Source of the DNA: Phoronis australis
Lineage: Eukaryota; Animalia; Phoronida
NCBI GenBank assembly: GCA_002633005.1
Contig: NMRA01000354.1
Location: 186,001-250,000, forward strand
Direction of reading: 5' to 3'
Length of the DNA stretch: 64,000 nucleotides
Below, in pieces: positions 1 through 12,462 of this stretch. The translations under genes were made by a program, and so were the position numbers. The notes below the pieces were generated by a model. That model saw nothing but the letters and a program-made list of their open reading frames with translations, ran no database searches and was not told where the DNA came from. Each line of letters begins with the position of its first letter. The stretch's first letter is position 1.

Positions 1-390
1 TGCGTAATATCACACAAATCTGCATCATATCACGCAAAAATGTGTCATATTACACCAGTGCGTAATGTGACGCATTTTTGCGTTATATCACGCACGCAAA
101 TTTGCGTTACCGTTACACACAAATTTTTAATTGCCAATTACCAAAATCTCGTTTATTTGTTTTTCAAAGCAAAGACAAGAATGTGCTTAGGAAGTGATAG
201 TCTTTCGAACCAAGTCATTTTTTTAAAAAATATCTGGATATTTTTCATTTGCGTCACGTTACATTCCAGTTCGGGACAAAATGAGATTTTCCCTATTTAA
301 ATAAGATCGACTTACAAATGAATATGTTAAATCTTGAATAATTGTGTAGAAACTAAGTAGTTGATTGCAATTTATTAATTTTTCTCCTAG

Positions 391-516
391 GCTCAACAGT
401 TTGAAGAAGACTGCAAGTACATCTCAAAGACACTTGTAGACAGTGACGCAGGTCTGGCCTCAGTACAGGGCGGTGTCAAGAACTTCTATGAAAACCTTCA
501 CTTTTCTCCCATCAAG
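391..516 (+). CDS. VPS13: VPS13 exon a ([10 protein letters not shown]...[12 protein letters not shown])
   Basis: ctcctag acceptor, AAG|gtttgt donor, 42 codons. Confidence 0.9.
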
Positions 517-3500
517 GTTTGTAGCCATTAAACACAGGCTGTCTCTCATTGTCATGAACGTTAGTGTAGGAACAAGGTGCAGGCCATTACTGGGCAGATC
601 CAATTATGTCAGTTCACTAATTGATGCATGCATATGCTAATAAAGGCCAGGAAACTTAATTATCCCTGCAAACTATCTTGAAGATAATTGGATAGAACAC
701 TAATAAAGGTAACTATAAAGAGATTGAGTTCTCCTTAACAATGCAATCTCTGGTCTCTCTTAGAATAAATAGTGATGAGACTGGTTTTGACAGTGACTGC
801 AAAGGTGATAGTGAACTATGTATCTCTTTTTCATTGTTAAGGTCCACCTGAGTTTCTCTATGCAAGGCTCATCAGGGCAGCAGGCTTTGATTAACTCGCG
901 TGTCGTCAACGTGTTTCTGCAGAGTGTGGGCGTTGTCTTGACTGATGTTCAGGATGTCTTGTTCAAGTATGTGCCAAATGCTGTTCATTGCTGAGCCTCG
1001 TTTTGGTGCCTGCAAGTTATGCACTATTGCATTAACCACTTGAATACCGTCTAAGAAACTAACATTGATTTAGACTAACTGCAGTGAAACTGGTCTTACC
1101 GTGTTCCTTGACATCATGGCATTATCATTGTGTTTCTGTCCTGCCCGTTGGTGTTTGACCTAATCCACTTCTAGAACTTTCAGTGTTCAAAACGCATCTC
1201 AAATATTTGAATATTAACTAAAGTAAAATAACTAATAGGCAGGTGGTCTGGTATTCTCTGCGGTGTACCAGGCATGCTTAGGCCACACAGTTGGGTCCAT
1301 CGTGCTGATCAATGAATAGGCAAGACCACGTAAATATAAAATTGGTCACATCTTGTACCTTTCCCAGACAGGAAGTGATTACTGGGCTCGCGGTGAGCTA
1401 CTAATTTATTGTCGCTGAGCACTGAGCTTGTAAGCCTGTCTTGTCTTTTTTACCTCGTGTTTCTTCGCTCCTTTCAGACTGGCTTACTTTGAACGTCAGT
1501 ACAAGTTTTACAACTTTGAACAGTTACAAGTGGAACTAACTAGCCATTATGCTAGTCAGGTAAGATTCTCACTTACTGTACAATACTGATGGTGGATAAT
1601 TTGATTGAGCAACTTTTACGTATCAAGGACTTCTGCATTTTTCATCATACAAGCATCTTGCATAGCTTACCTGCTATTTCAAATCTTCATCTCCTATCTG
1701 CAGGCCATTAAACAGATGTACGCCATGGTGCTAGGCTTGGACGTGTTAGGAAATCCGTTTGGACTTATCCGCGGCATTGGCGAAGGAGTTGAAGCTCTCT
1801 TCTATGAGCCATATCAGGTTAGTATTCCTGGCAGTCCTATTGGACGTTGATAGGAACAACGTAGACAAGGACCTCATGAAGTGCTGGTTCCTATTTGTCT
1901 GTTCACCTCCTTGTTGTAGTGTATTTATTTAACATTTTCACTACGAATTTTGTTGTCTGAGGCCACTTAAATGGTCTAGTGTGCTACAAAATAGTAACGG
2001 TTGCTAAAATAATTTTTTGACAATTTTTTGTATTGTTGCTGTGTTAGTCTTGTATTTATCGTGAACTCTGTAGAGTTTCCGTTTTTGACATTTGCATTGC
2101 ATTCTGTTGTGAGCAATACTCTATAATAGTAGTGATGTTTAGCCAAATTATGATCTGACTGTTTAACATAAAATGCAGTTCAAATTCTAGTGCTAGCTGC
2201 CTATGTGCCATCGTTGCCAGTATATTTCACCAGTAATGCATACTTGCAGGGTGCTATACAGGGACCAGAGGAGTTTGCTGAAGGTCTTGCTCTTGGCATG
2301 AGAAGTCTTCTGGTGCAAGGAGTTGTGGGTGAGTGAATATGTCTGCTTCAAACAGATAGCAGAAAACTACTTGAATAACCGGAAGTATTCAACAGGGGGA
2401 GCTAAGGTGGTGAATTGAGTAAGTGAAGAAGCGAATCAGGGTTGGAGTTAGCAATGAGAGGTCACTGTCACCTTGTGTCCCTTTTCCATGCTTGTGCAGA
2501 TTACAGTTAAACAATGTTTTCAGTGGGAAATGGGCACGTCAAGTAACCTGTTGTGTACTGTCACAGAGGTTGCAATTAATGAATTCTCCTGGGTCAGTCA
2601 GACCAAACTTACTGAACATTTCATTGTTTCTCTATGACTTTGTGTCTCACAAACCAATCAAATGTTTTAGTCGGTTGACCTGTCTGGTGAGTGAATCAAG
2701 TGCAACCATACTTGTTTAAACGCATAGTAATTTAAGCTATCTTTACTAAGACTGTCTATGTTTTGTAATTTCTAGGGAGCTTTCATGTACATAGTTTACG
2801 AAGTTTTTTGTTGGCTCCATCTTGTCCTGTTTGTGTATTACAAAATTTTGTCCATAGGTGGTGCTGCTGGTGCTGTATCACGCATCACTGGAACTCTGGG
2901 TAAAGGAGTGGCCACGCTGACCTTTGATGATGACTACCAGCGGAAGCGACGCGAGAGACTAAACAAGCGTCCCGCCACTCTGCAGGAGGGCTTGGCCAGA
3001 GGGGGCAAAGGTCTTGTGATGGGTGTGTTTGATGGGGTCACGGGCATCGTACGGAAGCCAGTTGAAGGAGCCCAGAAGGAAGGCGTTGAAGGATTCTTCA
3101 AAGGTTTGTCTTACTGTTGTCTTCATCTACTTTGTCTTCATTACTGCGTCTATTCCTGTTGCGATTCTAACCATGATTTTTTACATTGAATTACTCAGAA
3201 AATAAGCGAACGGTCAAATAAAAGTGGAGGGATAAGGATGTCGATTTGCTCTTTGAATTCATAACATTACGTGCTGCATTCCATTTCCCAACCAGCAACT
3301 GTGAATGCTTCTCACTGGTTGGGATAACAATAGTGATTTACCACAGTGCCTATACTTTTATTACTGGCTTGTTTTGTTTGGTTATTAGGGAACACGGGTG
3401 TCAGAGTTAACCGCTGCCATTTTGTGACAGTATTCTTTCCTGCCTGTTTTAGACACTGCAAACAATAAAACAGGGCTTGGAATTTTCCGCGGAAACGCGG

Positions 3501-6500
3501 ATTTCCGCTTTTTTCAAATGGGCTTTCTGCTTTTTATGCGCCCACATATTTATATGTGGACGCATTATGCCGTCATCTCTGTCCGTCCGTCCGTCCGGGC
3601 GGCGTCCGTCCGGCGTCTGGCGTCCGGCGTCCGCTGCTCTATCTCCAAAACCCTTTGACATACGTTCATGAAATTTGGCACATGTGTTCCATTCATGAAT
3701 GGGACGGCATGTGCGAACTTTCGGACGGATCCGACTACCGGTGTGCCCCCTAGTGGCAATTTTAGTTTTTTACGCTTACCTTTGTATCTTCAAAAGTCCT
3801 GAACGGATTTTCATGAAATTTGGTATGTAGGCACCTAGTAGTGAGATGACGCTATCCTGCCGTTTTCGGATGGATTCGACATAGTTTGCGCCACCTAGTG
3901 GCCATTTTTACTGTTTTCGAGTCTGTTTTTGTGCTTCCACCCCTCTATCAACCNNNNNNNNNNNNNNNNNNNNNNNNNNNNNNNNNNNNNNNNNNNNNNN
4001 NNNNNNNNNNNNNNNNNNNNNNNNNNNNNNNNNNNNNNNNNNNNNNNNNNNNNNNNNNNNNNNNNNNNNNNNNNNNNNNNNNNNNNNNNNNNNNNNNNNN
4101 NNNNNNNNNNNNNNNNNNNNNNNNNNNNNNNNNNNNNNNNNNNNNNNNNNNNNNNNNNNNNNNNNNNNNNNNNNNNNNNNNNNNNNNNNNNNNNNNNNNN
4201 NNNNNNNNNNNNNNNNNNNNNNNNNNNNNNNNNNNNNNNNNNTGTTTTTAATTCTATGTTTCTGTGGTGCTTTAAGCAACTGGTGTATAGGATGTGCTTG
4301 TATTATGAAGATTACTCACATTTTGCCCCTAGCCTATTGAGGAGACAATGACCATGCCTTTCCATTTTGCAAAGTATGCCCTCTACTGGCCACTTTATGG
4401 TACCAATAAACAACCCTAGAAGGATACCGTATGCGGTGCAATTGTGGGCGCATTTCAACGCTCCGCGTTGCTCTTGTTTTATAATATTTCCGCGTAAAAA
4501 AATCGGATTTGATTTAAAATTTCCGTGGCAAATTCCTTTGTTACCGCGGCGTTGCAGACGACGTTCACCTCGAAAAGCGGAAGTTGCTCTTTATGTTTCG
4601 GAGGAACGTAAATTGTCAACATTGCCGGGGCATCTGGGACAGCGTGGTGTGATTTTCAATAGCGTCTCGTGTTATTGTTAAGCGCGGCGGCAAATACTAC
4701 CGCTCTGCAGCCAAAAATGTGTGGGTTGGGAGTGGACGGGCGAGCTAAAAGGACGCAGACGCATGCTACTGATGGTGGTAACGTTTTTTTTTTTAGTCCT
4801 CCCGATTTTTGTCGGGGAAAGGTTCACATTGACCATTTCAAGACTGTTTATCGGGCATGATTTGGGCCGTAAAAGTTTCAAAGTTTCTGCGTTTTTTGTC
4901 ATTGGTCATTCCAAGCCCTGATAAAAAGTACATCATTGAAAGTTGGAAGTTTCATTGTTTGAATGGCAAAAATTGTTACTGCTGTTTCTTTGTCGATGTG
5001 TCTCAACCTCTATAATGTAACCTGCCTGAGCAACGCAGTGGGGCAACACCATCGCTTATCAGAGTGATCTTGATACCCCCAAAGAATGCAGTGAAATTTG
5101 AGTAGGGAGGTGTGTCATAACTGAACAACGTTTGAGGGGATCATCCATATATTTGTACATATGAACATTACAAAAGTCTGTTATACATACACTGGAAAAA
5201 TGGTTTATGGCAGCTTAAAATTTCCTGATAATGTCGGTGAAAATCATCGAACTATTTACAGGGGAGAGGAGGTCTGATGAGGGTGTATGTTTTGTGTGCT
5301 TTTGAAAATGTTGAGAATTATACACGGTCTCTTTATTGACGTTAAAGAGATGTCACTGAGCTTTTGTTGATAATGTCACGGGTTTGCGATTCACAAGTAA
5401 ATCATAAGACCAGCGGCTACAGTTCAATCATATATTGCACATATTTATATCAGCGATCCATCCACACTAATACAAATTCCGATAAAAGACTGACCCTAAC
5501 CACGAGGTCTCCAGAGAACCTGCATGTGCATTTGCCTATCAGTGACTAGCTAACAAACAGCTTAAAGCAGACGTCACAATGGACATCAGAATATGGATGG
5601 TGACTCGCGCTCAACAGCCTGTCTCGCCACAAAAATATTTTGCATTTTGCTGAGGAGTCGTGTAACTGTCATATTGTCTGAGATGGCGGGCTTGTGTTGT
5701 GCTTTCTGATGGAGTCGCATGCATGTGACATATTTGCAACTGTTGTAGGTCTAGGCAAGGGTTTGGTGGGTGTGGTCGCTCGGCCGACTAGTGGTGTCAT
5801 AGACTTTGCCAGCAGTTCTTTCGAGGGCATCAAGCGTGTGACGGAGATGTCGGAAGAGCTGACACGTCTACGTCCTCCTAGGTACTTAGAGGATGACGGC
5901 ATCGTGAGACCGTATAACTACACTACAGCAGAAGGCAACTTGATTTTACAGGTGAGTGGCCAGTTTTGGTTTATTGTGGGCCCCTCAGTGTTGTTGTTGT
6001 TGCTGCTGCTGTCGTCTGCCATCTTCAAAGATCTGAATACATGAATATATTGAGCAGAATTTTATAGTCATTCTGCAGTGTAACTTAATTTTTTATTTTC
6101 GGTTTTATTGTGTTGCAAATGAACAAATGGATAATATGTGAATCTTCGAAGGAGTTGAGATAATGCGTGCCTATTTTTGAACTATAAGCACTAGAGAGAA
6201 TAGTGACAGAAGTAATCAGTCAAGCCCTGAAGTTATTTCTGGGCTTGGAAGAACTGACAGTACGTTATTGCATGGGAACAGACATAACAAGCTTGTTATT
6301 GCTTGGGAACAGACTTAACAAGCTTGTTATTGCTTGAGAACAGACTTAACAAGCTTGTTATGCTTGGGAACAGACTTAACAAGCTTGTTATTGCTTGCGA
6401 ACAGACTCAATAAGCTTGTTATTGCTTGCGAACAGACTTAACAAACTTGTTATTTCCAGTGCACAGCATAGTTTGAAACAATAACAAGCAGTTCTTTCCA

Positions 6501-9500
6501 AGCCCAGACACCACTTCTCGTTGAGCACAGAACGAGTTGAGACTGGTTTTCTAATGGGAGGTAGACTGTAAAATCAAACAGAAGCTCTTGCAAAGTGTTT
6601 GAGTAAGGCACTAGATTGCCGTAAGTGTAGCCTGTATTGTGTGTAACAACTTATGTGTTAATTTGTATCAGATGACTTATAAGCTCAAGAGGGTGGGGAT
6701 GCATTGCATAAAAAGTCTGTTTGTTTTTGTATTGCATTCTGTGATGCATCCATACCACTATAATGAATAATGAATATCTATGGTCCCTTTCGCTACATGA
6801 TGTCCATGTCCACAGGTCTTGCTTGTATTGAGGTGTGCTAAATTATTTTGTATTCAGGACACTGACAAGAGGAAGTATTATACGACGGACAAGTACGTGG
6901 CTCACATCGTGATTTCAAGAGACAAAACAACAGTGAAAGATGTCCTCATAGTAACCAACAAGTAGGTGCTGTTGGTCTTTACAAAAGAATTAAATCTTAA
7001 AATTGGTGTTAGGTTTCAGTAGCTTTGACTAGTGTTGCCATATCTGAAACTGAAATGTGACTTGTCATCTTGATTCCATGTCTCTAGATGTGGCTGCGTG
7101 TCACCACCATGTCTTTTAGCATGTACCTGTGTGGACGTGTATTTTACTTGTCTTATAAGTGTTCCGAATTATTTGCACAAATCTTCATATTTCAGTCATA
7201 AAGATACTCTGAATTCATTCAATTTGTCCATTAATGTGAACTTATAGGCCATGATTCTACATTAAAATCTGAAATGACCCATGTAGGACACTGAATTCAT
7301 GAAAATTATTTACTCCTGTCTGGAAAATTTTCAAAGCTAAAAGTGCCCAGCCTTATTCAAGATGGACAGTGTTATTGAAGCTTGGTCAATACTATTTAGG
7401 CCGTTTTGGACATATCTTATTCAAGATGGACAGTGTTGTTGAAGCTTGTCAATGCTATTTAGGCCTTTTTGGACATACCTTATTCAAGATTCCATGTTAA
7501 AAAAAGGCCATATTCTTCCTAACAGCATGAGAGATAATGCATTTGAATGTACCGTACAAGCTATGCTGTCACGTACACACAGGCAGTGGGATATGTTTAT
7601 TTTGATCACTGTTCAGTAAGAAAACAGGTTTGATTGGGGACAGAATTTTTTGAAACGATAGTCACCTTGAATTATATCATTGACCAGCGATTTCTTTCAA
7701 GCTTGCACAGCAATAGTTACCTAGAGACAAGGTTTTCCGAGTTTGTAATTAAATATTAAAAAAGGTGACTGGTCCCACTAGCTTTTCTTAATTTTTGGCA
7801 AGCCTGATTTACCTTCACTCATCAAGAGAGCAAGGAAATCCAAGCCTGGAGAAAAATGTCGTAAGATGGCATACTGTTAGGTTTGAGTAAGCTTAGAATG
7901 GTCATGTAAAGCTTAGTTAGAATTTATAATTTAAGTTAATTGTAAATTTCTGAAAGACATCTTGGAATTCTTTGTTTCATTTTTTATCAAATATTTAATG
8001 CTGATAAAAATCTTACTGTAGTAGAAAGTTTACAACTTTCTGACCAATCAACTGCAAATTCACCTTGTTTTATGATTTGCATTTTGATTTGAACTCAATC
8101 AATGCTGCTGACAGTTCATGTTTGATTGTGTTGATTTTTTGTCTTTTCCAGTCGCATTATGTTTGTGTCCAAAGGCCAGGTGTTTGGTGCCTGGGACTGT
8201 GACTGGCAGTACCCCTATGAGGAGCTCCGTGAGCCACCCATACTAACAAATAAGGGCGTCGAAATTCACCTGAGGGTAAGATGTGATTTTTTAGTTCTGG
8301 CCATTTAAGAGTCTGCTTGTCTATATCATAATTACAGTGTTCATACTAGTGTTATCATTTTGATACTTTCATTTGTCTGCAACCTGCATCCGTCGCAGCA
8401 AAATTATAGCAAGAGGCAAATTCCACATGGCTAACTGGCCAAAAATATGTATCTGTGTCCAAAATGGTTAGGTCAGAGAGCTGGAGATTGTGTGAAGATA
8501 TCGGGCAATAGTAGATAAGTAATTTTAATAAGTCGTAGGACTTCAAACACAGACAAAGAGAACGTCCTGTGGTACTCTTATCAACACACTCAGACTTAGA
8601 ATATGATTTTGACTGTATCTGCTTAGTAAATTCAGCTGTTTCGTTTCAAATTAATTTCCATGACGTGAAGGGTTTTGTAGTCATGAAGGCTCAATGGCAA
8701 ACTTTGGGTTCAGGCGACTGGTTGATTAGTTCCAGTGACATGTTGCTGCCAGAGCCTGTGTACATGTCAGAGACAGAGCAATTAACTTCATTGGCAATTC
8801 GCTGTTTTCACAGGAGCGGCAGAAGAAGGGATTCGGATCCTTGTTCAAGGGGAGTACAACAGGCAAGATCGTTCATGTGCCCGACAAGAGGGCAGCTGAA
8901 GTGAGTTACTCTTGGTATAACTCCCCCCACAATAACCAACCCATGCTGCCCTATTACTTAATCTATAACAAATGACTATCGGGTTTTGTTTCCAATCTGC
9001 TATGGCGTTGTTTTTAGCATGGAAGATTGGCCCTGTTTAACTGCATAAAAGCGAAAATCGAATAGTCTTTTTACTCTCAGTAATTCGATCTCATAACATT
9101 CCTTACCATAAAAGGATTTTATGTCTGTGCTCCACAAGAACATCGAAACCAACAACCACGCAAGAAAATGCTTTGGATTCACAATTTTATGGTTTGCCAA
9201 CCCCAATAAACTCTGAAGCGTTTTCTTGAGTCGTTGATGGCTTTGGTATTCTTGTGGGTTACGGAAATAGAATCCTATCACGGTAAGGACTATTATGAGA
9301 TAGATTATACAAGAGTAGAAGGGCTAATTCGATTTTTGTTTTTAGACAGTTGAACAGTGTCATTGATTACTGAAAACACCAGACTATGGTTCACATGAAT
9401 GTCCATTCCATTTCCCCCAAGCACTTTTTCACACAGAAAAGTTGCTAGATTATTGTGAGCTTCCATTCCATGTGAGATATCACGTCACTTCAAGTTTGTT

Positions 9501-9820
9501 ATTTGTATGGAATACGTTTTAGAGGTTTCTTGTGTCCCATATTTACCCAATTTATTGTGGATTGAGATGAATCAAGTGATTGCTTCTGAGGTTAGATTGA
9601 CCTCTGCTAGCTTGATTTTTGTAATTTTGACTTAACCTATTTTGACTTAACCTATTTTGACTTAACCTATTTTGACTTAACCTATTTTGACTTAACCTAT
9701 TTTGACTTAACTTTATTATTATTGGGAGTCTGTGATTGATGAATACTCTCCGTTCATTTTCAGTGGCTAATTGGACAGATTGTTGATGCGATGGCGGACA
9801 AGTTTTCAGCTCAAAAGTGA
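391..9820 (+). CDS. VPS13: VPS13A/C-like bridge lipid-transfer protein, 3' part; join(391..516,842..966,1478..1559,1704..1817,2250..2328,2858..3103,5749..5951,6858..6961,8152..8275,8814..8900,9764..9820); 5' part lies upstream of the window
   Basis: All introns are GT-AG and exon phases chain into one open frame of 1347 nt ending in TGA. Peptide has VPS13 C-terminal hallmarks: [104 protein letters not shown] (ATG2_C region then PH-like domain). A versus C cannot be resolved. Confidence 0.95.
842..966 (+). CDS. VPS13: VPS13 exon b (VHLSFSMQG...[13 protein letters not shown])
   Basis: ttgttaag acceptor (less common AAG), AA|gtatgt donor, phase 0 to 2. Confidence 0.9.
1478..1559 (+). CDS. VPS13: VPS13 exon c ([11 protein letters not shown]...SHYASQ)
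   Basis: Long pyrimidine tract plus tttcag, CAG|gtaaga donor. Confidence 0.92.
1704..1817 (+). CDS. VPS13: VPS13 exon d ([20 protein letters not shown]...FYEPYQ)
   Basis: ctgcag acceptor, CAG|gttagt donor, strongly conserved motif. Confidence 0.95.
2250..2328 (+). CDS. VPS13: VPS13 exon e ([20 protein letters not shown]...)
   Basis: ttgcag acceptor, G|gtgagt donor. Confidence 0.93.
2858..3103 (+). CDS. VPS13: VPS13 exon f ([11 protein letters not shown]...EGVEGFFK)
   Basis: ccatag acceptor, G|gtttgt donor; matches ORF 2785..3189. Confidence 0.95.
3531..4478 (+). mobile_element. DINE-1/HINE-like non-autonomous Helentron element (spans the assembly gap)
   Basis: Inserted in a T-run of MITE A. 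subTIR ATGCGCCCACA 3536..3546 / TGTGGGCGCAT 4443..4453; 5' partial IR 3555..3565; (GTCC)n microsatellite; 3' hairpin CAACGC-tcc-GCGTTG. Confidence 0.8.
3954..4242. other. Assembly gap (289 N) inside the HINE-like element
   Basis: N run. Confidence 1.
5749..5951 (+). CDS. VPS13: VPS13 exon g ([13 protein letters not shown]...GNLILQ)
   Basis: ttgtag acceptor, CAG|gtgagt donor; matches ORF 5694..6044. Confidence 0.95.
6238..6508. repeat. 31-bp minisatellite (about 6 units, 6264..6454) enclosed by 19-20-bp inverted repeats
   Basis: Unit ttattgcttgggaacagacttaacaagcttg; IRs 6238..6256 and 6489..6508. Confidence 0.9.
6858..6961 (+). CDS. VPS13: VPS13 exon h ([16 protein letters not shown]...LIVTN)
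   Basis: attcag acceptor, AA|gtaggt donor, phases fit. Confidence 0.9.
7352..7490. repeat. 63-64-bp tandem repeat, about 2.2 copies
   Basis: cttattcaagat at 7352, 7416 and 7479. Confidence 0.9.
8152..8275 (+). CDS. VPS13: VPS13 exon i ([20 protein letters not shown]...IHLR)
   Basis: tttccag acceptor, AGG|gtaaga donor; PH-like segment. Confidence 0.92.
8814..8900 (+). CDS. VPS13: VPS13 exon j ([13 protein letters not shown]...KRAAE)
   Basis: tttcacag acceptor, GAA|gtgagt donor, 29 codons. Confidence 0.88.
9624..9711. repeat. Perfect 15-bp minisatellite (ATTTTGACTTAACCT), about 6 copies
   Basis: Read directly; about 50 nt upstream of the last VPS13 acceptor. Confidence 0.95.
9764..9820 (+). 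CDS. VPS13: VPS13 terminal coding exon ([18 protein letters not shown])
   Basis: ttttcag acceptor; resembles the final W-L-x-x-x-I helix of VPS13A/C; TGA at 9818..9820. Confidence 0.82.
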   Translation, partial: WLIGQIVDAMADKFSAQK

Positions 9821-11834
9821 TTGCCTGCAGAGGGCAGTATAATTGTGTTACGTATATTTCAAACATAGTTGCTTTTCTTATCTAGTGCAAAGGCGGAAGT
9901 GCAAATGAGATCCCTCTCAAATTCTAGTGCAACCAGAAAGTTAGTTTAACGCTATCTCGTAGTGCTGAGCAGTTTGTAATGTTGTGGTGCTTACTAATTG
10001 TGATTGTAGTGTCGATTATGAAGTGTTTTTTTAAGTTTTGTTTCGATTAGGATTATGTCTACTTTTGTTTTGGTTATTAATATTGTATTATTTTACCCTT
10101 GACCTGTATTGCTGCAGAGGTTAAAATTGTAATCTGAAGACAGGGTTGTATTTAATTCATGCTTTATGCCAGCCTCTGACAAAATCAGTTTGTGGTGTTT
10201 GGGATATATTTGAACAATCATTGACATTAGGTGCCATTGTTGTTTGTCACCACGTCATTGTGCTATTAAGTCATTAATGGGGATTACCATAATTTGAGCC
10301 ATTGAAATTTAAGTAACTTGTGCAGTGTGCACCATGATGGTAGTTACACCAGAGATAAATTACTGGATTTTGAATCCCATCCTCGTCGCCAGTATTGTGG
10401 AATGGATGCAGGGCAGTTAAAGTCAGAAACTGGAGTGTCGGAGAATAGCCATCACAGCACAGTGACACGCACTGGTCACCTAAACAACAATGGTGACACC
10501 TGTTGACCGACTAAAATAAAAGTATATAGGCAATGCACAACTGTAGCTGTTCTGATCAACATGTGTATTCAGCTTTAATGGCCGCCTCATATTCTTGAAA
10601 ATTTCACTTTCAAATACCCTCGATTCTCTTTTTAAGCCGCCACAAACCATGTTCTGGTGTTGATATCAACTTTCTTTCTTTCACAAGCGTATTTGCTCAT
10701 ACAAGGCAGCATCATTCCATTTTTTTCCCTTGTTTGACTTGAAATTGTGGTAGTTGCTATAAATGGCTTGGAATTTTGACGGCCATACTGGCTGGTCAAG
10801 TGAGACTAACTATCAACTCAGTGGGCCTGGTCTGAACCAATAGCAGACGGTTCTTCTTAGCATAGGAATCATTTTGAAACTGAGTATGAAACAAGATGAA
10901 ACAGATTTTGTAACAGTTAGTGGCCTAAATACAAGGTTGGATGTTGACCAGGGAATGGGTTTGTTGTCCCATTAATGCCCACCCACTTGATTTTTTACCT
11001 CCTCAATTTGAGTTCCTGGGTGTTAACTGGAACAACTACTTTATGTTACTTGTACAGTTTTGAAAATTGACCCTGGAAACGTGGTGGGTGTTCTTTATGT
11101 GTGGCAATGTACCTGGTTTTTGCACGCCCCGTAATTAAGTGCCCATGGCTGCTTTAATTGCTGTGAGAATGTTTAAGTTTAAGACAGAATACTGCAGGCA
11201 AGTCAAATTTTAATTTTGTTAATAATTTCATTACAAAAATGACTAAGAAATGGGTACATCACCAAACAACATTTTGTAAAATTTGAACATTTGTAGCAAG
11301 TAATAGGCCTCTGGAAAGTAGAAAAATGGTAATTTTAGCAAATTGATTTTTTACCATACTTATACTAATAGTTCCATGTACCACATCGAGTCCTGTGGAT
11401 GGAATAGATGACACATGGTGTCTGACTAAATGTTTGGTGTGACACACGACATGCAACAAATGCTTTGATTTTGCCCTTCTCAACAATTTGTAAAGCAAAA
11501 TCATCGAAGGTCAACCAAATTTTTTTATCATAAATAGAGAAATAGCGTGATACGACAGTTTGAAATTATCACCAGAGAACCTAGTATAAAGTTTAAGATT
11601 CCATACAAGTCAAGTGATTAACTGTATTGGTCGTTTGCTGTGCTCTGTGGAAAACAAAATCTGCGTTGTGATACATGTATTGTTGTGTGCAAAGTATGCT
11701 AAGACGAGATTAGTTGTGCGTATGTACGAGTTACTTTGAAATGTCAGATTGGTGAATATTTTGCGTTTTCTATGCTAACCCTGCTTTTGGTATGGAGCTT
11801 TGAAAGGGGTTCATGAAAATTGTAATAATTTTTG

Positions 11835-11890
11835 ATTAAATGGGGATGTTTGTTAGCAATTAAAAATTTGAACGTTGTTGTGTTTTCAGT
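11835..11890 (+). terminator. Candidate VPS13 polyadenylation region
   Basis: ATTAAA at 11835 and 11859 followed by GT-rich tract gttgttgtgttttc; an earlier AATAAA near 10515 is an alternative. Confidence 0.4.
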
Positions 11891-12429
11891 TAATGTCATA
11901 CAGAAAATAGTCCACCGTTTCGAGACCATTTGGCCTGCAACAGTTGGGAGCTTGAAATTAGCTTGGTGGCACTTGCATTCAGGTTGTCACGCGTGACCTT
12001 TTACCACAAACGCTCCCAAACCTGGTGAACAACTTTCCGCAGTCTGAATAACAGAAAGGATGTAAATTTCATTAGCACTGTGCAATGAATATAGATATCC
12101 AATAATTGGTTTCCCAACTAAGGCATGGCATGGATGTAGAGCTTGGTACAGCAACCTCAAGTGCAAGTAAGCAAAGCACATACCTTTCGCCAAGGCGTGG
12201 ACATTTTAGTGAACTAGCCCAAGTGGCATATTTTGCTGACCACTTTTCCTTTTTCCCGGGAAGTGCTTCTGTGTGGCTATCTTACTAGCACTTTAGGCAG
12301 CTTGTTGAGCACATCATAGGTCTTTGCACCATGCCTTACGAAAGCATCATTCTGTCACATGGCAATGACACACGGAACTGCGTTTATAACGAACATTTTG
12401 TGTCTTCGTTCATTGATATGCTGTCGCCC

Positions 12430-12462
12430 CTCAATAACAAGCCTTTTATTGTCTCATTTATT
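12430..12462 (-). terminator. Candidate CERS1 polyadenylation region
   Basis: Two minus-strand AATAAA (tttatt at 12445 and 12457) then ttgttattg; strand bias switches from GT-rich to AC-rich around here. Confidence 0.45.

Larger units (their letters stand above)
3471..4920 (+). mobile_element. MITE family A copy 1 (hAT-like, 6-bp TSD), interrupted by a HINE-like element
   Basis: 13-bp TIR CAGGGCTTGGAAT; TSD ATAAAA at 3465..3470 and 4921..4926; body near-identical to copies 2 and 3. Confidence 0.9.

Noticed and set aside
1-293. 86-aa ORF over tatcacgca-like repeats
   Set aside because: Looks like the subterminal repeats of a transposon cut by the window edge; it cannot be classified.
3886-4351. 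ORFs spanning the N run
   Set aside because: Gap artefacts.
6264-6454. CRISPR-like array (31-bp partly palindromic repeats)
   Set aside because: Units are head-to-tail with no unique spacers, there are no cas genes, and it lies in a eukaryotic intron.
9818-9826. Stop-codon readthrough or selenocysteine at the VPS13 TGA
   Set aside because: The context TGA-TTG is not the TGA-CTAG readthrough motif, and I saw no SECIS-like element.
9552-9866. ORF with (LSQNR)n repeats
   Set aside because: It is the antisense translation of the 15-bp minisatellite.
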